The notes: a model not told the origin generated them from the sequence alone. Positions 1-14,071 are shown, counted from the stretch's first letter. The stretch: DNA of 64,000 bases from an uncultured Chloroflexia bacterium (GCA_963728205.1 CAVSIV010000001.1:128001-192000), one strand, 5' to 3'. Translations and numbers: made by a program.

Positions 1-321
1 GAGGAGCGCATCGCCCACGGCTACCGGCTGATCCAGGTGATCAACACGAACCGCGAGGTCGCCGTCGCCGACCACCTGCGCGACGCCGGCATCCGCGTCA
101 CGCAGATGGAGGGGTACGGGATGCGCGGGCCGGTCGAGGTGGCGATGACGGTGATCCGTCGCCGCGAGCTGGTGCGGACGCGCGAGCGGATCATGGAGAT
201 CGCGCCGGACGCGTTCATCACGGTGGAGCGCGCGGAGCGCCCGCTCGGCGGGGCGACGGTGGCCGCGGACCTGCGGTCGCGCCGCTGGCCTTGGGTGAAG
301 CAGCGGGTGGGGCCGGTGTAG
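1..321 (+). CDS. DUF2179/DUF5698 (UPF0316-like) protein, C-terminal part (5'-partial)
   Basis: Frame 1 is open from base 1: EERIAHGYRLIQVIN...LRDAGIRVTQMEGYGMRG...IAPDAFITVE, a PII-like C-terminal domain pattern of this family. Confidence 0.7.
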   Translation, partial: EERIAHGYRLIQVINTNREVAVADHLRDAGIRVTQMEGYGMRGPVEVAMTVIRRRELVRTRERIMEIAPDAFITVERAERPLGGATVAADLRSRRWPWVKQRVGPV

Positions 322-663
322 GAGATGAAGCCACCTCCGACCCCCGTCCCAACGTCGGCCACCTCGCCGCCGCGACGAAGGGGCGGAGGCGGGGACCGTC
401 CAGGTGAGCGACGAGAATCACCGTCGACTCGCGCGGGACAGCAGCGTCCTCGGCATCGAGTCGCTGAACGCCAACGAGCAGACTTGCCGAGCGGCGAAGA
501 CCGCTCGCGCTCGAGAACATGGCCAACGGTGCGCACGTCGAGGTCGGTTGGCCCTCGCCGCGTCGGCGAAGGTCAGAGATCGCCGACGGGAGCATCGAGC
601 GCGCGCGACGGTACGGAGAGCGGAGGGGCGGCGCATCGCCGTGAGCGCCGGGCCACCAGGCGG

Positions 664-1484
664 TCAACCGCCTCCGTCGCGGCTCAAATGAAACGACAGC
701 TCATACTTCCAGACTTCCAGGTTGGGTACCGAGCGAGACCGCCATGCGCAGGGCGTCGGAAACATCGCCGGCGACGAGCATGCCCCGGACGCTGCGTCCA
801 GTGGCTAGCCGCGCCGCCACCCATCCCATGTAACCGAGGATCTGCCCCACCGCCTGTCTGTCGGGAAGGTTCCGCTTCGTCTCGAATCACCACGAAGTTT
901 CCGTCCCGATCGACGGCAAGAAAGTCGATGATCCCCATACTCGGGTTGCTCGTCGCGAATTCGCGACCGCGCGCACCCTCGTACCACTCAAGGGATGGGA
1001 AGTGCGATCGCCAGTTCCTTTGCAGGTAGTCCTGGAGGTGCAACTCGAGTAGCGCTGGTCCCACCAAGTCGCCTGAGATCGTGTCGTCGTCCAGTTCGTC
1101 GGTCGCCTCGTCGGCAGCGGCAAGGAGCGTTGTGGGGTTCTGCAGCCAGTCGACAACCTGCACGTAGCTGTACTGCTCGAGGTCATCGCGCAGATGTTGA
1201 AGGAAGGCATTGCGCTCGGCCTCGGTGAGCAGCCGATAGCGCTTCCCGTGCATGGTCGGATCGTCGGTGACCAAGAGCGGGTTGCGCAGGTACTGCAGGC
1301 CCGGGCTGTGCTTCTTGCTCGGATCGTTGATGCAGTGAAACTTCGCGTCCGCGCTCACGCTCCCAGGATTGGTGCCCGGAGCGACTGCCTCCGCTGCTCG
1401 AATGATCTCGCCATTCGTGAGCCATTGCTGACCGCGCGCGTGCTCGCGGGACACGCCCTCGACGATGAGTTCCCACACAGCCAT
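664..1484 (-). CDS. NucS/DUF91-like PD-(D/E)xK endonuclease domain protein with an unknown N-terminal domain (frameshifted)
   Basis: LELHLQDYL...GREF...GIIDFLAVDRDGNFVVI, then after a shift ETKR...AVGQILGYMGWV...RGMLVAG, and after a second shift EVWKYELSFHL, ending at TGA 664-666. Confidence 0.75.
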
Positions 1485-1591
1485 GTATCTCGCTCCGGTG
1501 CACTCGCGACCGTAATCAGTGTTCGCCAGGATAGTCAGGTCGATGCAAGAGCAGTTACATGCGCCGCGCCGATGCCGGAAACGGAGCGTAG

Positions 1592-3414
1592 ATGAAAGCC
1601 GACATCCTCACGTTGCGGGCGCTCTTCCAGAAGGACGTACGGTACCTGATCCCGACCTTCCAGCGGCCATATGTCTGGACTCAGGAGAACCAGTGGGAGC
1701 CACTTTGGAATGACGTACGCAATACCGCCGAGCGATATCTGCGAGGAGTTAGCCGAATCACCCGAAGAACCGGCTGCCGCGGAGGCGCGAACATCGTCGC
1801 ACTTCCTCGGCGCTGTTGTCGTGCAACAGCAGCCTACGGCTGCAGCGCAGATCGAGACGCGAGACGTCATCGATGGCCAGCAGAGGCTCACCACGCTCCA
1901 GCTTCTTCTAGATGCGGTGCAGGAGGTCTTCGAGCTGCGAGTCAAACCGCGGAGGCGCGGCGGCTGGCGCGACTCGTGCTGAACGACGAGGACTACGCCG
2001 TTCTCGATCCAGATCATGCGTTCAAGATCTGGCCGAACAAACGTCAACCGCGAGGCGTTTCGCGCTGCGATACGCAATGAATCGGCCGTCAATGGATATG
2101 CGAACACGCAGATCGTTCGAAGCCCATGCGTTCTTCCGAGCGCAGGTCGACCAATGGCTCGGCGACGTACCCGCGGATGACGCGCGGCGCGCTCATGGTT
2201 TGGAGACCGCGCTCGTCCGCCTGCTTGAGATGGTGGTCATCGACCTCGAGCACATATGACGATGCGAACGTGATTTTCGAGACCCTGAACGCGCGAGGCA
2301 CGCCGTTGCTTGCGTCCGATCTCGTAAAGAACTTCGTGCTGCACACAGCCCGCGAAGCTGGGCTCGACGAGGATCTGTTCTACGCGCGGCGCTGGCGCGA
2401 CTTCGATGAGCCGTGGTGGCGGGAGGAGGTGCGGCAAGGCCGCATCGTCCGTCCCCGGATCGATGTGCTCTTGAACTACTGGCTGACGATGCAGACGGCG
2501 AAGGAGGTGACCGCGGCCAACGTGTTCCCCTCATTCCGCGGACTGGTCGAGTCCTCCTGAAACTCGATCGACGAGATCGTCGCCGAGAATGGGGCGATCG
2601 GAGATACATACCATCGGCTCGAGTCCATGGACGCGGGCTCCCGTGAGGGACTGTTTCTTTACCGCTGGGGGGTGATGGAAGCCGGCGTCGTCACACCGAT
2701 CCTGTTATTGCTGTTCTCGCAGGCTCCCAAACCCTTCCTCAACCGCGTCTCTTGCGGGCGCTACGGGCCATCGAGGCCTATCTGGTGCGCCGGATGGTGT
2801 GCCGGATGACGACGAAAGATTACAACAGCCTCTTTCTCGAACTGCTTGGCCGGCTGCAATCGCAGCCCCTTGCCGCGGCGGATGATGTCATCGTTGGATA
2901 CCTCGGCGAGCAAACGGCAGACGCACGAATCTGGCCGGACGACCACAAGGTTCGTGACGACTTCGTCGAACTACCGATGTACCGGCTGCTCACCCGTGGA
3001 CGTCTTCGCATCGTGCTGGAGGGCATCGAGTCGGCGTTGCGCACGCCGAAGTCGGAGGCATCCGACGTGCCGCGTGGCCTCACGATCGAACATGTGATGC
3101 CGCAGTCATGGCGTGAGCATTGGGCAATGACGGCGGAGACGGACGAGGCGCTCCTGGTCGCCGCGCTCGCGCGCGACAGGCTCGTTCATACCATCGGAAA
3201 TCTGACGCTCGTGAACGAACGTCTGAATCCGGCGCTTTCGAACAGCCCTTGGCCGAAGAAGCGAGCGGCCCTTGCCGAGCATAGCGTCCTGTACCTCAAC
3301 AAGATGCTGCTTGCGGATGCCGGCGAAACATGGAACGAAGATGCCATCCGCACGCGAAGCGAGAAGCTCTTCGCGACAGCAACGATCGTTTGGCCGAGCG
3401 CCGGACAGGTGTAG
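1592..3414 (+). CDS. GmrSD-family type IV restriction endonuclease (DUF262 + DUF1524/HNH), frameshifted
   Basis: IPTFQRPYVW, HFLGAVV, VIDGQQRLTTL and IFETLNARGTPL (DUF262); TIEHVMPQ...IGNLTLVN..LN..LSN (DUF1524). The motifs are spread over several frames. Confidence 0.9.
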
Positions 3415-3429
3415 GACGAGGCTTTCCGC

Positions 3430-6400
3430 ATGACCATGGCTCCCCCCGAGCAAGGACAGACTCGTCGAGGTACGTCGACGCCGGTGGGTGGTGTCTGACG
3501 TGGCCGGATCGGCGCTGCCGGTCGCGCGCGCCGGCGAGGGACAACACCTCGTCACGCTGGTGTCCGTGGAAGACGAAGCGTTCGACGAGCAACTGCAGGT
3601 CGTACTGGGAGTCGAGCCCGGCGCGCGCGTCTTCACGTCAGCGGGGTTGCCGGAGCCGACCGGGTTCGATCCGCCTCGCTATCAGGAGGCGCTGCTGGAC
3701 GCGGTGCGTTGGGGTGCCGTCACCAACGCGGACACGCAGGCGCTCCAATCGCCCTTCCGCAGCGGCATCACGATCGAGGACTACCAGCTCGATCCGGTCG
3801 TGCGCGCGATCCAGATGCCACGCGCGAATCTCCTGATCGCAGATGACGTCGGGCTCGGCAAGACGATCGAGGCCGGCCTGGTCGTGCAGGAGCTGATGCT
3901 CCGGCATCGTGCCCGCACGGTCGTTGGTCGTCTGCCCGGCGACGCTTCAGATCAAGTGGCGCGACGAGATGCGCGATAAGTTCGGGCTGGAGTTCCGGAT
4001 CGTCGACACCACGCTGTTCGCGCGAGCTGCGACGAACGCGGGGCATCCACGCCAATCCGTGGACACACTTCCCCGGCTGATCACCTCGATCGACTGGCTG
4101 AAACGCGACGGGCCGATGCGCTGCTTCATGAGAGGCCGCGGGTCCGCGCCGGGAGCTACCCGCGGCGGTTCGACCTACTGATCCTCGACGAGGCACACAA
4201 CGCGGCGCCGACCGGGAGGCAGCACTACGCGGTCGACTCACTGCGCACGCGGGCGATTCGACGAATCACGCCGCACTTCGAGCACCGCCTCTTCCTCACC
4301 GCGACGCCGCACAACGGGTACGCGGAGTCGTTCACGTCGCTGCTGGAACTGCTGGACGATCAGCGGTTCGCGCGTGGAGTGCAGCTGGTCGGAACAACAG
4401 CTTGGCGAGGTGATGGTCCGCCGCCTGAAGGATTCGATTCGTCGACTGGGACGGGCAACCGCGCGATTCCCGATCCGCGAGATCGTGCCGATCGAGGTCG
4501 CGCTACTCCCAGGAGGAGCGCGACGCGCACACGCGCTTCTGCAGCGAGTACGCGCGAGCCCTGCGGGAGATCGCCGCGGTCGACGCGAGCGGTCAGGCGA
4601 GCGAGTTCGTCGTCAAGCTGCTCAAGAAGCGGCTGTTCTCGTCGCCAGCGGCATTCGCCGGCACCCTTGCCAAGCACCGGCGGACGATTTCCGGAGATCG
4701 CGACGAAGAGCCGCGCCGTCGGCCGCGAGTCAGTCGGAATCCTCCGGCGCGCGATCGAAGAGGCCGAAGAGGAGTACGCCGATGACGAGCAGGTCGAGCA
4801 GCCGCTCGACGATGCCGTCGGGACCGCCACGCACCTGCTCGAGCGGCTGGGTGCGCACGAGATCGAGTTGCTCGATCGCATGTCCGCGTGGGCTGACCGC
4901 GCGAAGGACGCGCGGACGCCAAGGCGGATGCGCTGATCGCCTGGCTCGACGACTGGACCTGCGGCCGGGTGGCGAATGGTCGGACGAGCGAGTGATCGTC
5001 TTCACGGAGTACCGCGCCACGCAGAACTGGCTCGTCGAGCTGCTTGACCGCGCGCGGGTTCGGTGGACTGCGTCTCGAAGCGCATCTTCGGTGGCATGGA
5101 TCCGGATGCGCGCGAGCGTGTCAAGGCCGCATTCCAGGCGGATCCCGCGGACGTCGCCGGTACGGATGCTCGTCGCGACGGATGCGGCATCCGAGGGGAT
5201 CGACCTCCAGAACCACTGCCATTGATCGTGCACTTCGAGATCCCGTGGAACCCGAACCGGCATGGAGCAGCGCAACGGCCGCATCGACCGCATCGGACAA
5301 CGCGCGCCGGAGGTGCTCGATCTATCACTTCGTGCCGGAGGGGTTCGACGCTGATAGTGACGCGGTGTCGAACCCGGGTCTTCGAAGGTGAGCTCGAGTT
5401 CCTCTACCGAGTCGCCCGCAAGGTCGAGTCCATCCGCGAAGACCTCGGTCAGGTCGGTCCAGTGATCGCCGCACAGGTGGAAGAAGCGATGCTCGGGCGC
5501 CGTACGGTGCTCGAAACCACGACCGTCGAGCGAAAAGCCGAGGCGGACCGGCGACTACTGCGCATCGAACGCGACATCCGCGAGCGCGTGGCGCGATTGC
5601 ACGACCGGTTGATCGACAGCCGGGAGTCGCTCCACTTCACGCCGTCGGCGCTGCAGAACGTCGTCGAGGTCGGCCTCGAACTCGCCGCGCAGCCGGGGTT
5701 GACCCCGGCGGCGGGAACGCGAGCGGCGGGCGCGTTCGAGATGCCCGCGCTCGGGGGGACATGGGCGCGATGTTCGGAGGGTCTCGATCATCCGCACAGC
5801 GGCCGCCGGCGCCCGATCACCTTCGACGGTGCCGTCGCCGCGGGGCACGACGATGTCGTGCTCGTGCATCTGAGCCATCGCCTGGCGGACATGTGTCAGC
5901 GCCTACTGCGATCCGAAGGCTGGGCGCTGGCGGGAGGCAGGCACCTGCATCGCGTTAGCGCGCGTGTCATCGAGGATGCCCTGAGCCCCGACCCTGCGGT
6001 GATCGTGCACGCGCGTCTGGTGGTCCAGGGCCGGCGGGGACACCGGCTCCATGAGGAGCTGATCTCGGCGGGCGGATTCGTGGTCGGGGGGCGCTTCCGG
6101 CGTTTCGATTCCATCGGCCAGCTCGACGGGATCTGGGAGCGGTCGCAGCCGCGGATGCCGGGGGATCGCTTGCTCACCCAGTTCCAGGCGCTCTGGCCCC
6201 GCATCACCGCCCCGGTCCTCGCGTCGATCGAAGCGAGAAGTGCCGACCGCATGCAGTTCGTCGCGAACGCCATCACCCGCCGCCGCGACGGTGAGATCGC
6301 TGACATGCAGGCCGTGCTCACGGAGCTGGGAAAGACGATCGAAGCCGACTCGCTGACTTGGAGCGCCCCAGCGTTCAGCTCACGCTGTGGAGCGAGCCAG

Positions 6401-6570
6401 AACGCGAGCAGTTGCGGCGCAACGTGGACGCACTGCGTCAACGGGTGCGCGAGATCCCGGGGGAGAGCAAGCGGGAGGCTGAGGCCATCGGCGATCGATA
6501 CGCCGACCCTGCGGCGCGCATCTTCCCGGTGAGCGTGACCTTCATCGCACCGCAATCGATGGCGGACTGA
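3430..6570 (+). CDS. drmD: DISARM SNF2-like helicase DrmD (frameshifted)
   Basis: N-terminus PEQGQLVEVRRRRWVV; EDYQLDPVVRAIQMPRANLLIADDVGLGKTIEAG, ILDEAHN, LTATPHNG, ATDAASEGIDLQ; first gene of a DISARM-order operon. Confidence 0.9.
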
Positions 6571-6571
6571 C

Positions 6572-9500
6572 ATGGCGGGGCGAGACCGCCACAGCGAATG
6601 GCTCTCGTTGATCGAGGTCTCGGGCCCGTTCCTGAGCGTCGAGGTCCTCGACCGCGTCTTCCCCCAGGGCTTGGACGAACACGACCCCGAGGTCTCCGCG
6701 CGCGTTCGGCTCGCGTTCGACGAGTGGGCCGACGACCAAATGGGGCTGCATCCGGACCCGCGCCTGCACGAACAGTGGCTCGCCTTCGTGCTCTCCGAGC
6801 TGCTCGAGTTCCCGGATGAAGTGATCGAGCGAAGCACCGAGCGCTTTGCGGTGGATGTCCCCGAGCAGCACGTGGCCGTTGCGCCCGACGTCGCCGTCGT
6901 TGACCCAGACGATCGCTCCCCCCGCCTCTTGATCAGCCTCTGGCCGGCGGGTCAGTTACTCGACGAGCCGCCCTCGGAGGACGCGTGGGCGGCGTCTCCA
7001 CTCGAACGGATGACGCTGCTCTGCAACGAGCTCGGGGCATTTGGACTGGTGACGAACGGGCGCCGCTGGACCTTCGTGCACGCCGCCACCGGCGAGACAC
7101 CCGGGTTCGCTTCTTGGTACGCGCATCTCTGGGTCGAGGAGCCACTCACGCTCCGCGCGTTCCGCACGCTGTTGGGCGCGCGGCGGTTCTTCGCGTCGGC
7201 GGAGAACGAGACGCTGGCGCCGATGCTCGCGGACTCCGCGCTCGCGCAAGAAGCGGTCACATCACAGCTCGGTCTGCAGGTCAGGCGCGCCGTCGAGGTG
7301 CTCGTACAGGCGCTCGACCGCGCCGATCTCGACTCTGGGCGGCAGCTGCTCGCGGACGTGCCGGACGATCAGCTCTACGAGGCCGCCGTCACGGTAATGA
7401 TGCGGCTGGTCTTCCTCTTTTCGGCAGAGGAGCGCGACCTCCTGCTACTCGGGGAACCGCTCTACGACCAGTTCTATGCCGCGTCCCCGCTGAGCGCGCA
7501 GCTCCGAGCCGAGGCCGATCGTGTAGGTGTCCAGGTCCTTGAACGGCGGCTCGACGCATGGGCACGCCTGTGCGCGACGTTCCGCGCCGTGCATGGTGGC
7601 GTCGAGCACGACCGGCTGCGGCTGATCACCTACGGCGGCAGCCTCTTCGATCCGGATCGCTTCCCGTTCCTCGAGGGGCGGCAGCCGGGGACGAGCTGGC
7701 GTGACGCCGAGGCGGTACCGCTCCAGATCGACAACCGCACGGTGCTCCATCTGCTCGAGGCGCTGCAGCTGCTGCAGGAACGGGGGCGGGAGCCCCGAAG
7801 GTTGTCGTTCCGCGCGCTCGACGTGGAGCAGATCGGCCACGTGTACGAGGGCCTGCTCGATCACCAGGCGGTGCGCGTCGACGAGCCGTATCTGGGACTC
7901 GAAGGCGCCGCGGGGCTCGAGCCCGAAGTCCCGCTCTCTCGGCTCGAGGCAGCGGCGGGTGACACGGACGGACTCGTGGCGGCGCTGCGCGAGGCCACAA
8001 AGCGGAGCGAGTCGGCGCTGCGCAAGCGACTGGATGTCGACATGGATGCGGGCGAGCGCGAGCGGCTGATGGTCGCATGCGGGAACGATCACGACCTGTT
8101 CGAGCGCGTGCGTCCGTACGCCGGGCTGCTGCGCGAGGACGCGTGGGGCTACCCGCTGGTCTATCCGGCGAACACGCTGCTCGTCACCGCGGGGTTGGAC
8201 CGCCGCAGCACGCAGACGTACTACACGCCGCGCGCGCTCGCCGAGGAGATCGTGCAGTACGCGCTCGAGCCGCTCGTCTACGTCGGGCCCGCGGAAGGGA
8301 AGCCGCGCGAGGAGTGGCACTCCGGCCGGTGGGTGAGCTGCTCGACCTGAAGATCTGCGACCCCACGATGGGCTCGGGCGCCTTCCTCGTCGCCTCGTGC
8401 CGCTGGCTGGGTGAGCGCGTGGTCGAGGCGTGGGCGGCTGCCGCGGAGCGTCACGGGCCGATCACGCTCGAAGGCGAGCCGTCGAGCGGCGCGGCGAGCG
8501 AACACCTCGTGCCCCGGGAAGCCGCCGAGCAGCTCGCGCTCGCCCGACGACTAGTGGCGGAGCGCTGCCTGTACGGCGTCGACATCAACCCATTCGCAGT
8601 CGAGATGGCGAAGCTATCGGTGTGGCTGGTCACGCTCGCCAAGGACCGGCCGTTCGGCTTCCTCGACCACGCGCTGAAATGCGGTGACTCGCTGTTGGGC
8701 GTCACGAGCCTCGACCAGGTGCGCTACATGCACCTCGATCCCGAGCGCGGAAAGAATCGTCAACAAGAACCTCTGGTTCGACTTCGAGCGTGATGTCGTT
8801 CCGGTCGTCGAACGAGCGATGCGCGCTCGCTCCGAGCTCGAGTCGTTCCCGGTCCTCGAGTCGGCGGATGTCGAGCGGAAGTTGGCACTCCACGCGGAGG
8901 TGGAGGCGGCGCTCGCGCTCGCGCGGCTCATCGGCGACATCGCGGTCGCCTGCGCTATCGCAGATGAGGGCGGGCTCGGTGCGTACGACGGTCTGCTGCC
9001 GCAGGCTGTCGAGCGAGATCGATGCAGGCGAACGGGCCAGTTCACCACACTCCGCGCGTTTCTCGATGCGGATCTGCCTGAAGGCAGGCCTCCGCGCCGG
9101 ACGTTCCACTGGCCGCTCGAGTTCCCCGAAGTCTTCGGCTCCGAGCGTGGCGGTTTCGACGCGGTCGTAGCGAACCCGCCGTTCTTGGGTGGGCAGCGGC
9201 AGACGGCCACGCTCGGCGAGGGGTACCGCAACTACTTGATCGAATGGGTTGCAGAAGGACGACGGGGTAGCGCAGATCTAGCCGCATACTTCGTGATCCG
9301 GTTCGTTTCGTTGCTTCGTGAGCGTGGCTGCATGGGCTCCCTAGCCACGAACTCGATCGGCCAAGGGGTCGCTCGCGAGATCTGTCTGGGCCCACTATTG
9401 GCCGGGGGCGCGGCTGTCTTCCGGGCTGTCCCGAGCCGGCCGTGGCCCGGCACGGCGAACTTGGAGATCGCGGAACTGTGGCTCGCCCGCCGGCACTTCA

Positions 9501-10602
9501 GATCCGCAGTCCTTTCCGGTCGAGGAGTCGCCGGGATCACCGCCGAACTCACCGAGATCGGGCGCGTCGGTGGGGATCCTCTCCGACTCACAGAGAACAG
9601 TGGCCTGGCATTCCAGGGTTCGATTGTGGTTGGCCAGGGATTCGTGCTTGAGCCCGACGAAGCAGCTCAGCTGCTATCGATCGACCCTCGGAATGCCGAG
9701 GTCGTCCTACCCTACCTGAATGGACAGGACCTCAGCAGCAGACCGGATCAAAGTGCTAGCCGCTCTGTGATCTACTTCCGCGATTGGGATCTCGAGACCG
9801 CTCGCACCTATGGCGCACCATTCACTGTCGTGGAGAATGAAGTTAGACCGGAGAGGGCGCGGAACCCGCGCCGTGAACAGCGAGAGTTATGGTGGCGCTT
9901 CGAGCGCCCCAGAGTCGCCCTATATGAGGCCACACGATCGAACGAGCGCGTGCTTGTGAAGGCGCAGGTGGGCTCGACGTGGGGCTGGGTCTTCGTCCCA
10001 AACGGCCAAGTGTTCGATGCCAAGCTTAATCGTTTTCGCGTTCGGGGACTGGGCGAACTACGGGGTCCTGCAAGAGCTCGTTCACCGCGAATGGATGTGG
10101 CGATTCTCAACCACACTGAGAACCGACGACACATACACGCCGACGACGTGCTTTGAGACGTTCCCTCGTCCTCACGCCGAGGATGGCAACCTGCGCTCTG
10201 CAGCTGAGCGGTTTCATGAACTTCGACGTGACGCTTGTCTGGCGCGTGGCGAGGGACTCACGAAGGTTGCGAACCGGATGGATGACCCGGAACAAGCCGC
10301 GTCAGATATCGTCGCGCTTCGCGCACTCCAAGCCGCGCTGGATCAGGCAACCGTGAACAGCTACGGGTGGTCAGATCTCCATGTGCGCCACACGCACCGG
10401 GATGTGCGCGGAAAGCGACGCTTCGCCCTCGAAGGACAGGCTCGCAGTCGAGATCGTCGATCGTCTTCTCGAACTGAATCACGAACGCCATGAGGAGGAA
10501 GTGTCGCGCTCGGACTCAGTCGCGGGCCGTGGTCCGCGACGCGAGGCGGGCGAAGCCACCCCGCTTCCACTGTTCCCGTCCCTGGATGAGGCCAGCCAGT
10601 GA
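6572..10602 (+). CDS. drmMI: DISARM adenine DNA methyltransferase DrmMI (type IIG/Eco57I-like), frameshifted
   Basis: RHSEWLSLIEVSGPFLS start, LDVEQIGHVYEGLL, YYTPRAL, CDPTMGSGAFL (SAM motif I), YGVDINPFAVEMAKLSVWL, FHWPLEFPEVF, ANPPFLGG (N6A motif IV). Confidence 0.9.
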
Positions 10603-13600
10603 CCAGTCTGCAGCCGTCTCGGTGGGATCTCCGTGAAGGCCTCCTCTCGGCGGTCGTTGGCGAGCTCCGCACGGTCCGGCGGAAGGACCTGAGGAGGAGC
10701 TCACGCTCCGCCCGACCGACCGCTACCTCGTCGGGCGGATCGCGCCACGCGGCATCCTCGATCCTTCGGACAACGACACCCTCCCCGACGATCCGCTGCC
10801 CTCACCGGAAGAGGATGCCGACGAGGACGGCGCGCTCCAGGCTGAGTCGCTGACGCCTTCGTCCATCGGCATGACGTTCGCCGTCGATCCGGAGGCGAGA
10901 GCCGCTCTCGTCGACGTGAGGTGGGGTCGTTACGAGCGCGCGCCGAGCGAGAAGTACGAGACGGAGACCGGGAATCCGCGGACGATTTGGAAGCGCGTTC
11001 CCTGCGGCGGGACGTTCGAGAATCGCGCTCAAGGAATCCGCCATCGCCCCGCACGCGCCGGACGCGGAAGCGCCAGAGGTCGTCGTCCGCGGGCGCATTC
11101 GCAGGAGCGAGTCCGGCGTCTGGGTTGTCTCGCTCTTCCTCGTCAACGCGCAGCCCGAACCCGAGACGACCAAGGACACCGCGTGGCTGCTACAGCCGCT
11201 CATCCGCGTCACCGCAACCGATTGTGAGGCGGCGATCTTTCGTCGTCGCCCATTTGTGGAGACGCGCGGCGCCGGCGGCATGTTCGACACGTTCGAGCAG
11301 GCGTCCGCTGAGCGACGCACCGGTGGCACGTCGAGTTCGCCGTCGGGCACAACGTGTCCGTCCACGCCGACGTCCTCCCCGAGTCGCCCGACCGCGCGCG
11401 CTCCGTCGAGACCGCGGTGCTTCCCGTGTACGAAGTGCCCACGACGGAGTCACCAACCGAGGAAGACGGGCCCGAGTACGCCGGCCTCGAGCTCGACATG
11501 AAGGTGCTCGCGGAGGCGCCTGACGACGAGCTGGTCGAAGAGCTCCAACGCTTGTCTGCCGGCTACCGAACGTGGATCGAGCGCAACGGCGAGCTGCTCG
11601 CGAAGAAGCCCGACGACCTCGCACCGTTCGCGGACACGACCGAGCAGGTGCGCGCGACGTGGCGCGGCGCGCTCGAGCGGATCGAAGCCGGCATCGAGAT
11701 GTTGCGCGGCGATCCAACGCCGCCGGCGCCTTTCGCACGGCGAACCGCGCGATGGGCTCCAGCGCGTCCACAGCGAGTACGCCCGCCGTCGCCGCCGGGG
11801 TGAGCAGGTCACGGTCGAGCAGTTCGACGTCCCCGACAATCGCCGTTGGTACCCGTTCCAGCTCGCGTTCATGCTCCTCGCACTGGAAAGCGCAACGAAG
11901 CCCACCCATCGCGATCGTTCCATCCCGTCGACGCGATCGTCGATCTGCTGTGGTACCCCCGGCGGTGGAAGACGGAGGCCTACCTCGGGCTCGCCTCCTA
12001 CGCGATGGCGCTCCGGCGGTTCGAGGGCGTCGTCGACGGATACGACGGTGGGAGCGGCGTGGGCGTGATCATGCGCTACACGCTCCGACTGCTCACCGTC
12101 CAGCAGTTCCAGCGGGCTCCGCGCTGATGTGCGCGCTCGAGGTGATACGCCGCGAACGGGCGGAGGCGGGCGACATCGAGCTGGACGGGGCCGTTCCGCA
12201 TCGGCCTCTGGGTCGGCCGGCGCGCCTCCCCGACGCCACCGACCCAGCCGGAAGCGCTCGCTCGCTCAGGCGCGCGACGCGCACGTGGCGCGCGGGTCAG
12301 GCGTCAGCAGGCCCGCGCGACTCACCAGCTGCCCGTGGTCCGGTTCCGAACTCGAGCGCCGGTCGCGACATCCGCGGTCAGACGAAGGACCTGCGGGCGC
12401 ACACTCACGTTCTGCTCCCGACCCGCTCGGGCGCTGCCCGTTCACGCCGCGCCGCGCGCCCGACGAGGGCCTGCCGGTCGTGGTCGTGGACGAGGAGGTC
12501 TATCGGCTGCTTCCAAGCCTGATCGTCGCCACCGTCGACAAGTTCGCGCAGATGCCGTGGCGCGGTGACGTGCAGTCGCTGTTCGGCCGCGTCACCGCCG
12601 TCTGCCCGCGGCACGGCTTCCTCGCGCCGGACTCCGATGACACCGGTCAGCATCCGAAGCGGGGCAAGCACCCGGCCACGAAGCGGCAGGAGACGCTCCC
12701 CTCCGCCCCCCCGACCTGATCATCCAGGACGAGCTCCACCTGATTCGGGGCCGCTCGGCAGCCTCGTCGGGCTCTATGAGACCGCCATCGACGACCTGTG
12801 CAACTGGCAGCTCGGTGGCGAGCCCGTGCGCCCGAAGGTGATCGCATCGACGGCGACGATTCGCAATGCGGGGCAGCGGTCCACGGACTCTTCATGCGCG
12901 GTGTCGAGGTCTTCCCACCGCCCGGCCTCGACGTCGAGCGACGACTTTGTCGCACGGCAACGGACGGCGTCGCCTGAGGAGCCGGGCCGTCGCTATCTGG
13001 GGATCTGCGCGCCGGGCCGGGATCGTCCGTCCGTCTTGATTCGCGCATACGTCGCCATGCTGTCCGCGGCACAACAACTGTCGACGAGCACGGCGACGCT
13101 GTCGATCCATGGATGACGGTCGTCGGGTAGTTCAACTCGCTCCGCGAGCTGGGCGGGATGAAGCGCCTGGTCGAGGACGACGTGAAAACGCGTGCCTTCC
13201 GCATCGACTTCGACGAGGACCGCGTACCCCGCCCGGGCCTCGCCCAGCGCGACGTGCGCGTGATCGAAGAGTTGACGTCACGGAAGTCGTCGGCGGACAT
13301 CCCGAGAGATCCTCGACCGACTCGAGACGCCATTCGGCGGCGACCCGCGCGCGTGCGTCCGATCGACGTGCTCCTGGCGACCAACATGGTCTCGGTCGGG
13401 GTCGACGTTCGGCGGCTCGGCACGATGATCGTGAACGGTCAGCCGAAGACCACGGCGGAGTACATCCAGGCCACGAGCCGCGTCGGGCGTGCGTCCCCCG
13501 GTCTCGTGCTCACGGTGCTCAACTGGCGCGGCCTCGCGACCTCTCCCATTACGAGACGTTCGAGTACTTCCACGCGACGTACTACAAACAGGTCGAGGCG

Positions 13601-14071
13601 CTCTCCCTAACGCCGTTCGCGCCGCGCGCGCTCGACCGCGGCTTGACCGGCGTGCTCGCCTCGCTGATCCGCGCGTCCGAGCCTCAGTACGGACCGAATC
13701 CCGGCGCGGGGCTGGTGCGCGCGAGCGACCCCGCACTTCGCGCGCTCAGTGATCGAATCACTGGGCGGGCGTGGAACGTCGCGAACCTCGCCGCCACGCG
13801 CGACCTCGTCGACGAGGGTCTGCGCCAGCGGCTCGACGATTGGGCGCACGAGACCGAGGAGCCCGGCCGCCAGCTGGGGTACCGGACGTCTCGCGACGGG
13901 CAGACGGTGGGGCTACTGCGCGAGCCATCGAGCGAGCGGTGGGGCGAGTTCACGACGCCGACGTCGTTGCGAGAGGTGGAGCCCGCAGTGCGGCTGCTTC
14001 TCGGTTCCGGTGGTCACACAGAGGCGCCGGACTGGGAGCAACCACCCGCACCCGAGGACTCTCCCGAATGA
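10599..14071 (+). CDS. drmA: DISARM helicase DrmA (many indels, one in-frame TAG)
   Basis: GTGA overlap with drmMI; KTEAYLGL, IMRYTLRLLTVQQFQR, ATVDKFAQMPW, IIQDELHLI, FNSLRELGG, LLATNMVSVGVDV..LG.MIVNGQPKTTAEYIQATSRVGR. Confidence 0.9.

Noticed and set aside
325-691. Short ORFs at the island's left edge (e.g. 404-691)
   Set aside because: No recognisable motif and probably frameshifted; I cannot support a call.
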